Positions 13,693 through 26,273 of a DNA stretch of 64,000 nucleotides are shown piece by piece. Made by a program: the position numbers and the translations under genes. This DNA is from Camelus dromedarius (Eukaryota), in assembly GCF_036321535.1 (NCBI RefSeq), contig NC_087447.1:46936001-47000000 (forward strand). The letters are read 5' to 3'. The notes beneath the pieces were generated by a model. That model was given only the letters and a program-made list of their open reading frames with translations. It searched no databases and had not been told where the DNA came from. Numbering within the stretch: the stretch's first letter is position 1; the number at the start of each line of letters is the position of its first letter.

Positions 13693-16452
13693 TATGCCAA
13701 TAAAGTGGATAACCTAAGAGAAATGAACAAATTCCTAGAAACATACAATCTCCCAGGAATAAATCAGAAAATACGAACAGGCCAATTACCAATAATAAAA
13801 TTGACTCAGCAATTAAAAAAAAAACCACTCCCAATAAAAAAAGTCCAGGACCAGACAGCTTCACAGGTGAGTTCTACCAAACATTTAAAGAAGTGTTAAC
13901 AGCTATCCTTCTCAAACTATTCCAAAAATTGCAGAGGAAGCAATGCTTCCAAACATTTTCAAGGCCAGCATCACCCTGACACCAAAACCAAAGATATCAC
14001 CAAAAAAAAAAAAGAAAATTACAGGTCAATATCACTCGTTTAGAGATGCAAAAATCCTAAACAACATACTAGCAAACCAAATTCAACAACACATTAAAAG
14101 GATCATACACCATGATCAAGTGGGGTTTATCCGAAGGATGCAAGGATGGTTCAATACCCACATATCAATCAATGTGATACACTACATTTACAAACTGAAG
14201 AATAAAAATCATCTCAACGGATGCAGAAAACACTTGACAAAATTCAACATCCATTTATGATAAAAACTATCAACAAAGTGGGTATAGAGGTAACCTACCT
14301 CAACATAATAAAGACCATATGTAACAAGCCCACAGGTAACATCATACTCAACAGTGAAAAGCTGAAGGCATTTCCTCTAAGATCAAGAACAAGAAAAGAA
14401 CGCCCACTCACCATTTTTATTCAACACAGTATTATAAGTCCTAGCCATAGCAATCAGGTAAGAAAAAGAAATAAAAGGACCAAACTGGAAGAGAAGTAAA
14501 ACTGTCACTGTTATTGCAGATAACATGATACTATATATAGAAAATCCTAAAAATGACACCAAATAAAAAAATCAACAGACCTCATGACAATGAGTTCAGT
14601 ACAGTTGCAGAATACAAAATTAATATACAGAAATCTGTTGCATTTCTAAACACTAACAAAGATTTATCAGAAAGAGAAATTAAGAAAACAATCCTATTTA
14701 TAACTGCATCAAAAAGAATAAAATACCTAGTAATAAATCTAAGAAGGCAAAAGACCCAAGAAAATATAAAGATACAAATGAAAGAAATCAAAGATGACAC
14801 TAACAAATAGAAAGATACACCATAGTAATGAATTGGAAGAATTAATATTGTTAAAGTGACCATACTAGCCTAAAGCATTCTACAGATTCAATGCAATCCC
14901 TATCAGAATACCAATGGAATTTTTCACAGAACTAGAACAAATAATTTTTAAATTTGCATGGAAACACAAAAGACCCTGAATGGCCAAAACAGTCTTGAAG
15001 AACAAAGCTGGAGGTGTCATGCTCCCTGATTTCAAACTATACTACAAGCTACAATAATCAAAACAGTGTGATACTGGCACAAAAAGAGACACATAAATCA
15101 ATGGAACAGAAGAGAGATCCCAGTGATGAACTTACACTTATTTGAGCAATTAATCTACAACAAAGGAGGCAACAATATACATTGGTAAAAGCCTCTTCAA
15201 TAAATGGTGTTGGAAAAACTGGACAGTTATATGCAAGAGAATCAAGTTGAGTACTTTCTCCTTTCTGAAACCATATACAAAAATAAATTCAAAATGAATT
15301 AAAGATTTAAATATAAGACATGAAACCAGAAAACTCCCAGAAGAAAACACAGGCAAACATGCTCTTTGACATCAGTCTTAGCAATGTGGTTTTTTTGTTG
15401 TTGTTGTGTTTTGGTTTTTTGATATGTCTCCTCAGGCAAGGGAACAAAAGCAAAAATAAACAAATGGGACTACATCAAACTAAAAAGCTTTTTATAGCAA
15501 TGGAAACTAGCAACAAAACTAAAAGACAGCCTACTGAATGGGAGAAGATAATCACAAACAATATATCTGATAAAGGGTTAATATCCAACATATACAAAGA
15601 ACTCATACAACTCAACATTAAAAAAAAAATTTTTTTTAATGGGCAGAAGACCTGAATTGACATTTCTGCAAAGAAGACAAACAGATGGCCAACAGGCACA
15701 TGAAAAGATGCTCAACATCATTAATCATCAGGGAGATGCAAAACAAAACTGCAATTAGATATCACCTCACACCTGTTAAAATGGCTATTATCAAAAAGAC
15801 AACAAGTCCTGGGGAGAATGTGGAAATGGGAACCCACAAGCACTGTTGGTGGGAATGTAAATTGGCACAGCCACTATAGAAAACAATTCAGAGGTTCCTC
15901 AAAAAATTAAAAATAGAACTACCATATGACCCAGCAATTCTACTCCTGGGTATTTACCCAAAGATAATGAAAACACCAATTTGGAAAGATACATACACCA
16001 CTATGTTCATTGCAGCATTATTTACAACAGCAAAAATATGGAAGCAACCTAAGTGCCAGTTGATAAACGAGTGGATAAAGATGTGGCACATATATCCAAT
16101 GGAATATTACTCAGACATAAAAAAGAATGAAATCTTGCCATTTGTGACAACATGGATGGACATAAGAGGGTACTATGGTAAGTGAAAGTCAGAAAGAGAC
16201 AAATATTGTACAATTTCACTTACATGTGGAACCTAAAAAAAAAAAAGAAAAAAAACATAAAACAGAACAAGAGTCATATATACAGAGAACAAACAGGTGG
16301 TTGCTGGGGGAGCAGAGTGAGAGGATGACACAAATAGGTGAGGGACATCAAGAGGTATAAACTTCCAGTTACAAACTAAATGAGTCACAGGTATGAACTG
16401 TACAGTGTGAGGAATATAGTCAATAATAATGTGTTATCTTTGGTGACAGACA
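13693..16452 (+). mobile_element. 5'-truncated, disrupted LINE-1 (ORF2 RT to C-terminus plus 3' UTR)
   Basis: ORF fragments translate to L1 ORF2 motifs ([71 protein letters not shown]), with many frameshifts and stops. Confidence 0.95.
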
Positions 16453-16460
16453 GAAAAACT

Positions 16461-16708
16461 TTTTTTTAACATTTTTTATTGATTTATAATCATTTTACAA
16501 TGTTGTGTCAAATTCCAGTGTAGTGCACAATTTTTCAGTTATACATAAACATACATATATTCATTGTCACATTGTTTTCTCTGTGAGCTACCATAAGATC
16601 TTGTATATACTTCCCTGTGCTATACAGTATAATCTTGTTTTATCTATTCTACAATTTTGAAATCCCAGTCTATCCCTTCCCACCCTCCGCCCCCTTGGAA
16701 ACCACAAG
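16461..16708 (-). mobile_element. Young LINE-1 3' UTR fragment with 8-bp TSD
   Basis: Poly(T) at the left end (tail on minus), artiodactyl-type L1 3' UTR text, exact flanking duplication GAAAAACT at 16453-16460 and 16709-16716. Confidence 0.8.
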
Positions 16709-19028
16709 GAAAAACTCTTTTTTTAAATACAGATGATGACTGGGAATCTTACAAAATTGAAAGATGAAATCTCAAATTGAGGCAATCACTATAAGCCCCC
16801 AGTAGGATAAAATTAAATCCACACCCTGTAATGAAACTGCAGAACACAAATGACAAGAGGATCTTAAAAACCAGAGAAAAAGGCAGGTTATCTACAAGGA
16901 AATAATAGTTAAATTGTGATCGTAGTTCTTAAGAGTAACAACAAAAAGCCAGAATTTCAGTAAAATAACATTTTCAAAGTGCTGAGAAAAAAATAATTGG
17001 AGGCCTAGTACCCAGCTAAACTATCAATCAAGACTGACAAGGAAATAAGGATATTTTCCAACAAAGAATGCTTACCACTAACAGAACCAAACTAAGAAAA
17101 CATCTGAAGGATACATACTTCTATTTGACACAAAAGGAATAAAATGCAATGGTGAAAAAGCAAACAGTAAACATACATGGGTAAAATGAAGTAATCACTG
17201 ACAGCACAAGACAATTATTATTAGAATTCTTCAACATTGAGATCGACTACCTTTGCGGGTGATCTCATTTTTGGAAGTGCTCTTTTTGAGCCCGGACAAT
17301 ACCTTTTGATATGTTTAGTATACACTGGGTAAGAGACTGAAATAAATGACCCCCAACATACCTACTGACCATAAAGGTTTTATCAATTAGACACAGCTGT
17401 CAAAACATTCCCTGATCAGCTCTGTTTAGCCATCTGCGGCAGGGCTTTCCCGCATCCTAACAGTTCTAGAACTCAAGTTTTAGTTCAAGGCATTCTTCCC
17501 ACTCCCATATTCCATAAATTTAAAAAAGAGCATTCTAAACAGAGATATTTCTTATATGAGCTTTTGGTTAAGATCTTCTAGTTTGGGGGTTTAGATTAAG
17601 ATTCAGGTTTTACAGTTAGTCATCATTTGCTTGAACTTAAGCCAAGAAAAGAGTACTTTGGTAGCTTTTACAGAGAAGTTATGTGCTTCCTCCTCTGACG
17701 GAGAAAATACCACACAGGAACAGAGAGGGAGGGAATACACACACTCATTCCTGCTGGCTGAAAGTTGCCTTACTTGATCAGAGCATTCCCAGGAGACTCC
17801 ATTATGCTCATGGCAGTAAAGATCTCCACAAGGTAGAGAGTCCCAATTCTCTTACCATCAAAGGTTTCTGCTCACCACACTTGACAATCCAGAGCTTTAG
17901 AAACACATGACCAGGCAACAGACCCCAGAGAAAGGGAAACATGGATTAAAGCAAGTATTACCACATTTTCTGGAGGCGGTGCCATTCCATGTAAGAGGAC
18001 AGCACTATTCAGAGGCTCAAAAGCCACTAAATAAAAATGAGAAAGCCACGATCCTATCCCCTTTAAGCCCAAGAAAGCACATTCATTTAAAAGCATGTTA
18101 ATGGCCATGATACATTTCATATCCTGCACAGGCATCAGGATACAGGGACAAAAGACACTGTCTCTATCTAGTAGGGCAGACAAACACGCAGACACTGAAC
18201 AGCAGATGAAAAGCACTACCTCGGGGATAAGGAAAAGAGGGAGTCCAGAGGAGGCAGCAACAACACAGCTGGGCTCTCTTCCACCAACAACCTTCATACA
18301 GTCACATCACTTAGTCATTTGTACTCTCCAAGATGCTACCAAGAAACATCTTACCTGATTTGACCCTCACAACAACCCCAGGAAAGTAGGTAAGGCAGGC
18401 AAATTCGTTGCTTACATCAGATGTGAAAAGTGAGACTCAGAATAAATAAAATGACTCGTCCAAGAAAACGCACACCCTCAACACAGCCCCTCCCCAACTA
18501 TTTAGGCCCAACCGACAAAACCCCAGTATAGCTAACCACGCACTAGCAATGTAACCCTGGTCAAATTGAACATAAACCTGATTCCCCACCTGCAATAAAA
18601 TGTAATAAGGTTAGGCATACTTAAAAGATGACCCACATAAAGGGTGTGGCAACAGTGTCTGAAACGTAGCTGGTGCTCAGAAAATGTCTACTACTACTAT
18701 TTCCACTATTACTAACAATAACAGGCGAAGACTTCCCACCACAGGAACCCTCAGCGATAAGCCTTTCAAGAGCCTTTCGGGGCATTCTCCGTCGCTCTCA
18801 AACAGTTCCACAGACACGCCCCCAAACAGACCCTCCCCCTAAGCAGGCCCCGCACCTCCCCCTCGGGAACTGCCCTCTCCAAACCTTACCCTCCATAGAC
18901 TCTCCCCAGTCAGCCTCGGTTACGAAGGAGGCCTTCCGCTCGCACCCGCCTCTCCAGCATCCCCTTTAGGCCCCGGCATCCCTGGGGGCGCCCAGGCCGC
19001 ACTCCAGCAGCGGGCCCACGCCGGTTAC

Positions 19029-19120
19029 CTGGCCGCGCGCTCCGGCTCCACCTCTCGCTTCCCCCGGATCGCCTTCGTCGCGGGCTCGCGCCAGGGCTGT
19101 GAGCGCACAATTAGTTTAAA
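19029..19120 (-). other. NUMA1: NUMA1 non-coding exon 1 (5' end approximate)
   Basis: GC-rich exon in the CpG island with minus-strand donor CCAG|GTAACC at 19029/19028. It is head-to-head with LRRC51, matching known synteny. No NUMA1 coding sequence lies in the window. Confidence 0.7.
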
Positions 19121-19299
19121 CTATGGCCCCGCCCCCTCGCGCGGCCCTACGATTGGCCCCTGTCGGCGGGCGTCGCACGCAAAAGCACGCTGGAAGACCG
19201 GGAGAAGGAAGTCGTGAGGGCCTCTGGGAAGGGACAAAGGGTGCCACAACTTCCGGACCCTGGCCTCGACTTAAGGGCAAAGACAACTACAAATCCCAG

Positions 19300-19463
19300 C
19301 ATCGCCCGCGGCCTCGGGGCCCCGTCCCTGACGAGCTACAGCTCCCGGTAGGCATCGCGGCAGCGCCTCCAGCGCTCAAACCAGACGTGGTGGCAAAGGT
19401 AGTTACCATGGAGTTGTCCCTAAGATAGCTGGGACGCCGAGGCTGGAGGGGAAGCAACTGCGG
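19300..19463 (+). other. LRRC51: LRRC51 non-coding exon 1 (5' end approximate)
   Basis: Plus-strand donor CGG|GTGAGT at 19463/19464 at the edge of the CpG island. Confidence 0.6.
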
Positions 19464-22400
19464 GTGAGTCGGGCAGGAAAACAGGAAACCACCTCTAGGG
19501 GACAAGAACTTTATGGAGAGGGGAGGGACACACAGAAAGACTTAAGAACTTCTTTCTCGGGGACCTGAGACTCCTCCCCCGCCCTTACTACTTTTCACAG
19601 ATAACAGGACACAAACCCATATGGAATAGACTGGAGCGGGGAGGGGAGGGAAGGCTGAGATAACATACTCCTAAGATTTGGAGGTGCTTAAGAACCTCCC
19701 CCATCACAAACATGGGGTCCCCTAAAACTATCTCAAATCCCTGACACATCCCGGGAGAGCTCTGAGGCTTGGGGTTGGTTTTTCTCTGATCAACTGAGAA
19801 CCTCTTCAAGACATGAGAGTAAGATTAGAGTAAATCACAGCCCCTAATCCTGGAGATGTAAGAAACTTTCTGGGGCTTGAACTGCTCCGTTCCTTCCAAG
19901 CAGGAAGACCCCAGGGTAGAGCCTCCTTTTCAGGAAGTCAACAGGATCTTCCCACACACACTCATTAGGGGTCCAGCCCCTAAATTGCCTCTTCTCCTTC
20001 CTACACCTTCTCCGTGGTCCGCTTCTCAAAGTTCTGCAGTTAGAGCTTATTCCCTTTTATAGTCTTCATGACAGATCTGTTACATTTAGTAATTTACCCA
20101 GTGCTTTCACATCCAGTTTCTCTTTTGAGCTTTGTGAGGCAATGATATTTATCCCCATTTCACAGATGGGAAAACTGAAACCCAGAGAGGGGCAGGGACT
20201 TGCCGAAGGCCACACACTAAGTCAGTAACAGCTAAGACTAGACCCGAGTTTGCCAACTTCCAGCTAAGTCACTAGCTTGAGCCTACAGCCTCTGTAGCTT
20301 AAGGACTTGTTCAAAGTAGTAGGTTAAACTGCCCCAGAGAAAAGAAACCTGTATAGCCTACATTGGGTTATTTACAGTTCAGTGTGAATGAGTTTTAAAT
20401 CCTTCCTTGAAAGTTTAGGGGAAAGGGAACTAGAGAGACTGAAGAGAATGGGGATTAAACAGATTTAACTAAGTAGGAAATAAACAGTCTGGCTAATACA
20501 GCACCCATGTCTGATGCTGCTATGATTAGCTAGCTTCTGGCTGGCTCCTAGCTGGCCCTGATCAGTCCACTTACTGTCTTAAAGCTCCCCCAGCCTTGGT
20601 CCTAGGCCCAATTCCCACCTCACTCGAGATTCTCTTCTTCGGTATTCCCATCCACAACTTCATTTACCACCTATATGCATATGTACACAAGTGCGTTATC
20701 TCCAGCCCAGCCCAGTCCTCATCTCTAGGCTCCAGATATATAACCCATTGCCTCTGCTACATCTTGGACAGGATATCTCAAAGACACCCAAATTCAACAT
20801 GTCTGTAGCTCAACTCATAATCTCTGTGTCTCAAGCCTGGATCTCTTCCAGTGTTCTCACCTCTATCCACCACTACAGAAGCCAAAAACCAAGTTATTTT
20901 TAATACCTCTTCCATTTCCCATCCATCATAAAATCCTGTCAGCTTTACTTCCTAAGTATCTCTTCTCTAGTTCTACCACCATCATCACATCCTTCCTGCC
21001 TTCCCTCTCAGCCATTTTGCATACTACAACCAGAGTTATCCTTCAAAATGCAAATTACTATTGTTCACTTCCCCTACAACAGCCCCATTTAAAAATATAC
21101 CTTGGGCTTCCTGTTGCCCTTAGCATCAAGCAACATCTCAGTTTGGCTCCTGCCCACTTCTCCAACCTCCAGTCTGACCATACATTTCCCTCCCATTCTC
21201 CCCTCCGGTTATATGGCCTTCTTCAAGGTCTTCAAAATTTCCAAGTAACCACTCCCCACAGAGCCTTTGCAACTGCTATTTCTTCCTGCAATGTTCATCT
21301 TTTTTTTGTACTTACCCTTCAGATTTCTCTCAATTCCTTCTCTAGGAATGTCTCCCCTGACTGCCCAGACCAGCTCAGATCCCTCAATTATAGCAACCTC
21401 ATGTCCCTCTCCTTATAGTATTATTCACTGTTGCAATGTTTAACGTATTTGTTAAGTACCTGCCATCACTGTACGGATACAACTGAGAAAAACGTGGCTC
21501 CTACCATGGTGGAGTTTAGTTCACACAGCTAGTAAGGAGATAATCCTAGTGTTATGAGTGCTACCAAGGGTAAATATAGGGTGCTATGGGAGTCCAGAAG
21601 AGAAGTTCCACACTCAGACTTACGCATGAGGGTAGGCTCCTCAGAGAAGGGGAAACATGAGCAGAGTCGTTAAGAATTAGCAAGGCAGAAGAAGAAACTG
21701 TATGCCAAGCAGAGAAGCCCAGAAGCAGGTGCAGGGAACTTACTCTGAGTTGTTGCATTTGGCTGGAGTGCAGAATTGGAGATGAGGCTAGGAGATAGAT
21801 GTAGAGAGGTAGGCAGGAGCCAGGTTGAATTTGGGGCCTCCCTTTGGCACCTGGGAATATAACTTCCAGAAAACATTAGACTATGCGGCAGACTTTTCAT
21901 GACATTCTTTGATTTGTTCTCCACCTGTAGCCCATAAATAGAAACCTTCTCTAGGCCAGGCCATTGAATCTCTGTCAGATCTCCTCATCTGATTATTCCT
22001 CAAAGCTTCCTGAGCCATCATGTTGCTACTTACCTGAAAGAAGGAAGGGATAGGCTATGAACAAATCAAATTCCAATTGCTAGTACTTTCCAAAAACTGA
22101 AAACAAATTTCCATCATCAACTTGGGATTGGGTCACTGAAGTTAAATTAAGTAAAGTTAACATACACACAGATTCTGTGGACTTCTCTGCAGCTATTAAA
22201 AAGGGTAAGAGTCTACAATAATTTGAAAAGAGAAAAATAGGTTTGCAAAGGAACAGACAGCATGTGTTTACTTTAAAATATACGTAACTGTATAATACAT
22301 GTCTTCTAGGAAGTTAAATTCCCAAGTTGTTAATCATGAGTGTTCTTGGAGAGTGAGATGGAGATTCACTTTCAGTTTCTACCTGATGTACTTCTCTATG

Positions 22401-23003
22401 TTTGACTTTATTCAGCTATTACATTAACTTTAAAAAAATTTTTAAAAATCAGTAAAAAAAATTTCCAATTCATAAAAGAAAAATTCCAGAACAAGGCAAG
22501 TAAGCCCCTAACCCTGTCAAGTCAGTGATGAATGGACAGATGAGGAAGGCACTAGGATCTGACAAGCTCCTGGTCTTGAGGCAGAATAGCAGTTGGGAAA
22601 GACTGACTCCAGAAAGACAGCCACTGGAGTGAGTAAGGCAACCGCAAGGCTTTGTCAGTTCTCCCCAGCAGGCAGACTCACTATGTGACACCTTTAAGAC
22701 ATCATTCATTTATTCCTTCATTTTTCCGTTTATCCATTTGTCCATCAAGCCTTGAGAGAATACTCAGGCTCAGTGGAGGGGAATGGTGGGAAGAGAGAAA
22801 GAAGTCTGACTTCTGTTCCTCTCTTCAAACTTACAGGGAGGGAACAGGAAATAGGTTATAAATAAATGAGTACAGAAAGTAACTGCTTCAATTTATTGAA
22901 TACCTGCTGCAGGACACACAGCTGTCAAGATATGGTTTGTCTCCATTTTACAGATGAGGAAATAAGTTGTGATGAAATTTTATTCAAAGTACAGTTGGGA
23001 GCA

Positions 23004-23478
23004 TGTATCAGCTGTTGCTGTAATAACAGTCTAAAAAAAGGGTGGCTTAAAACAATAAGCATTTGTTATTGCTTCCAAGCCTCTGAGTCAGCCATGTTTC
23101 TTCTGGTCTTGACTGGTCATGTGCTTGCAGTCACCTGTGGGTTGGGTAACTCTCCTGATTTTGACTTAGGGTAGGCTGGTTATAGGCTAGACTACGATGG
23201 CCTCACCTGGAACCACCGGCCCTCTTTTCACATATCTCATCTACAGATTTCTCATATCCCTCCAGCAGGCTAGCCATGTTCTCTTGGCACTGGCAAAGAG
23301 CAAGAGGGCAAGTCCTCTAAGCTTCTGTTTGCTTCATGTTTACCAGCATCCTGTTGGCCAAAGTAAGTCACATGGGTGAACCCTGCATCACAGTGGATGG
23401 GACTACAAAGTTATAGTTAAAAGAGACAGATAAAAGGGAGACCATGATAGGGTTCATCAAGGGAATCAATCTAATACA
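23004..23478. mobile_element. MLT1-type MaLR LTR remnant
   Basis: TGTATCAG...GGCTTAAAACAATAAGCATTTGTTATTGCT...TTGGCCAAAGTAAGTCACATGG...CAATCTAATACA pattern. Confidence 0.65.
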
Positions 23479-24821
23479 GGACACAATGATCAATTTTATC
23501 CGGACAATCTCCATCAAAGAGGGTACACTAGAGCTGAGTATTGAAACATGAGAGTATTCACTAAATAGGCAGCTGTTTCTTAGAACTGGATGCAGGCCGG
23601 TCTTCCATAATCAGTAGAAACCCAGCAGGCTTTTCTGTTCTCATGACAGACATGGTTCTATTATTTGTATCTTGGCTTCATTCCTTCCAGTCAGGCACAG
23701 GGCAGCAAGCACTCAACAAATGTCTGAAGATATCTTACTGTGAATGAGGTGTGGACTGAAACAGCTGAACCTCAGAGCCAATTGTTAGAAAGAGCAGCTT
23801 AGCATCAACACTCCCAAAACAGAGTATTTGGCAGTGTCTCATTCATTCCTCCCACAGACATTTCCTGAGTGCCTTTTGTAAGCCAGGTTCTGTGTTAGAT
23901 GATGAATAAGACACAACACTAGCTCAGCCTGAGCTACTGTTTAAATGGAGAAGACTCTAACCCTTTCCAATGGGCAAATTTATCCATCTATTTGGGACTC
24001 CATTTTTAATACTAGCTCATCCAGAAAAATGCATCAGGTGCTGGTGCTACACATAAAATCAGAAGTTCTTAGGAACTACACTGATGGTCAAGGAGACTAA
24101 CAGTAAAAATCTGCCCTTACACATTTTAAGCTAAAATTCAGTATTGCAGAACTCTGGGGTCCTAATCCAGGACTCAATTTTAGAAAGTATCCAGTCCTGC
24201 TCGAAGGCATCAAACCTCTTATGGGTGCTCCAGTGGAACGGTTCTAGGTGAAAACACAAGCCAGCTTCGCCTATTTCTACAAAAGAATAACATGTTCTTT
24301 GTTGTGTCTATGGATTCGATATCCAGACTCAGGTCTCCTCAGTCAACAACCCATGTCCAGCAGGCCAGTCCACACTTTTCAGGATTCAGCTGTGAAGTGA
24401 CTCAAGCCAGCGCTTCCCCAAAGCTCATTTGAGACTGCTGATTTTTGAGAGGAAGACAGTCACTTTCCATTGCCCTAAACCTGTTAAACTCTATCCCTGC
24501 ATATGTCAAATCACCAAAAAAGGAATTTACTTGAACTATATTAAGCTTAGGCTGAATTAACAAGCTATCAGGTCCATGGTTTCTAAGAGAAATTCCATTT
24601 TAAGAACATTTGTACATTTCATTATCTCTGTATACAAACTATTCATTTCTTTGAATCAAGTGACAAGAACCACATACCCTAAGGTTTCCCCTTTTGCTTT
24701 GGCTGTCAGGAATTTCAGGAATAATAGTCTTAGTTTCCTAACTCCCTATTATCTCTCTCTTTTCCTTTATTCTGGCTTCTAATCTTTCTCTTCCATGTTT
24801 TCATTTTCTTTATCTGTACCT

Positions 24822-25092
24822 TCTAGTATTGTAGCCTCTGGTCACATGTGGCTATCAAGCACTTGACAGGTAGTTTGTCCCAATAGGGATGTGCTAAGAG
24901 TGTAAAGTATCTCAATTTTTAATCAAATTATCAGTTAAATGATATTTTGGATATATTGGACAAAATAAAATGTATTATTAAACTTAACTTCACCTTTTTT
25001 TTGACTTATAGAAAATTTTAAGTTACATATGTGGAAAAAATTATACATGTGTCTTTTTGTGACGTTCATTGTATTTCTGTTGGACAGCTGAT
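24822..25092. mobile_element. MER3/MER33-type hAT DNA transposon remnant
   Basis: GTAGCCTCTGGTCACATGTGGCTATCAAGCACTTGA...ATTGTATTTCTGTTGGACAGC. Confidence 0.65.
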
Positions 25093-25432
25093 CTACAAAT
25101 CATCCTGTTTTATCAGTGTGTTATACTGTAAACTACCTCAAATCCTTTTGGAAAGGAAGTGAAGTGGTAAATGTATAGGTGACAGCAGTGGTTGGAGTGA
25201 GAAGGGGAAGTTGACTGGGACATGTACTTGTCAGTCTGTCTTTTGTTTGTGTCACATGCAAAACCCCTCAACTACTGTCAGCTCTCTTCCCAGGTGAATG
25301 GTGTTCTCATGGTTCTGCCCAGTGTCTTGAGAAATTCTCAGCTTTACTTGTGCTAACAAATTGGAAAGGATCTGATAAGACAATTCACACCACACTGTAA
25401 ATGACTGATAACACTGTGTTCACCCCTCTCAG

Positions 25433-25516
25433 GGGGTATTTCCATTTTAACAGGGAAAAATCCCTGAACTCAAAGGAATGAATCCCTAATGGTGGAGTTT
25501 CAGGCATCAGTGACAG
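25433..25516 (+). other. LRRC51: Probable LRRC51 non-coding exon 2
   Basis: Acceptor CCCCTCTCAG (alternative TTTTAACAG with exon start 25454) and strong donor GACAG|GTGAGT at 25516/25517. Confidence 0.55.
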
Positions 25517-26191
25517 GTGAGTGAGAGTGAGGTAGACTGGTTTTATGTGTATGTGCATTTATATATTTATGACTACATTCAGGATGTAGCTTAAAGTAGG
25601 GTCTTTGGATGGAAAGATAATGGAGCCAACAGACAAGGTGAGCAAAGAAGATAGCAAATCCCCATCTAGGTCAGACTGCAAAGGGCTGTCAGATCCAGAT
25701 CCAGTGCAGGCTTTCGGGGGTTTGTTAAGCAAAAGAATAGCCTAGTTGATGTCACCAGAGGCTAGGTATCAAGACAGCCTCCATGGTAACTACTGTGGAG
25801 CAGCAGAAAGGACCTCAGAGTAGGATTCAGGAGACTATGATTGCAGTCCACAACTGACTCACTGGCTTACCTTTGGGCAAAGTGCTTTCACCCTGAGGTC
25901 TCAGATTCTTCTTCTGGAAAGTAGAAATTGGTGTTATAACTACTCATGAGGTCTAAGGGATGTGAAGGTGCTTGGGGAGGTAGGAAGTGCCCTACAAATG
26001 CCAGGAATCATGATTAGTATCTTAAAGGAGAAATCCAGGCAAGCAATAGAGAAAGCAGGGTTGGGAGAGCTATGGGGAAATGTGAGGGCCGATGCCCCTT
26101 GTACCTGGAACACCAGTCCTTCTCTGTCCTCCCAGGCTGAACCCGGATTCCCAGGGCCCATGCTTACACCTGAGAAATGATGGCCTGAGCT

Positions 26192-26273
26192 ATGAACAAA
26201 TGCAACTATATGAACACTTCAGTGCAAGAGCCCCCACTTGACTACTCCTTCCGAAGCATCCATGTGACCCAAG
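26192..26273 (+). CDS. LRRC51: LRRC51 coding exon 1 (exon starts 26136); full CDS join 26192-26273,30401-30606,31510-31658,31938-32079 = 192 aa
   Basis: MNKCNYMNTSVQEPPLDYSFRSIHVTQ, donor G|GTCAGC. The joined CDS is 579 nt in one frame. Confidence 0.93.

Larger units (their letters stand above)
18900..19470. promoter_or_regulatory. CpG island / bidirectional NUMA1-LRRC51 promoter
   Basis: High CpG density. GC box at about 19127, reverse CCAAT at 19152, ETS ACTTCCGG 19249-19256, ZNF143-type AACTACAAATCCCAGCATC from 19285 and GCTACAGCTCCCGGTAGGC from 19335, RFX-like GTTACCATGGAG at 19402. Confidence 0.85.

Noticed and set aside
13660..16360. Series of ORFs with reverse-transcriptase similarity as an active element
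   Set aside because: These are fragments of one 5'-truncated L1 with many frameshifts and stops.
17228..17280. Hairpin TGAGATC...GATCTCA as a miRNA or structured RNA
   Set aside because: Only a 7-bp perfect stem with an imperfect extension, which is compatible with chance.
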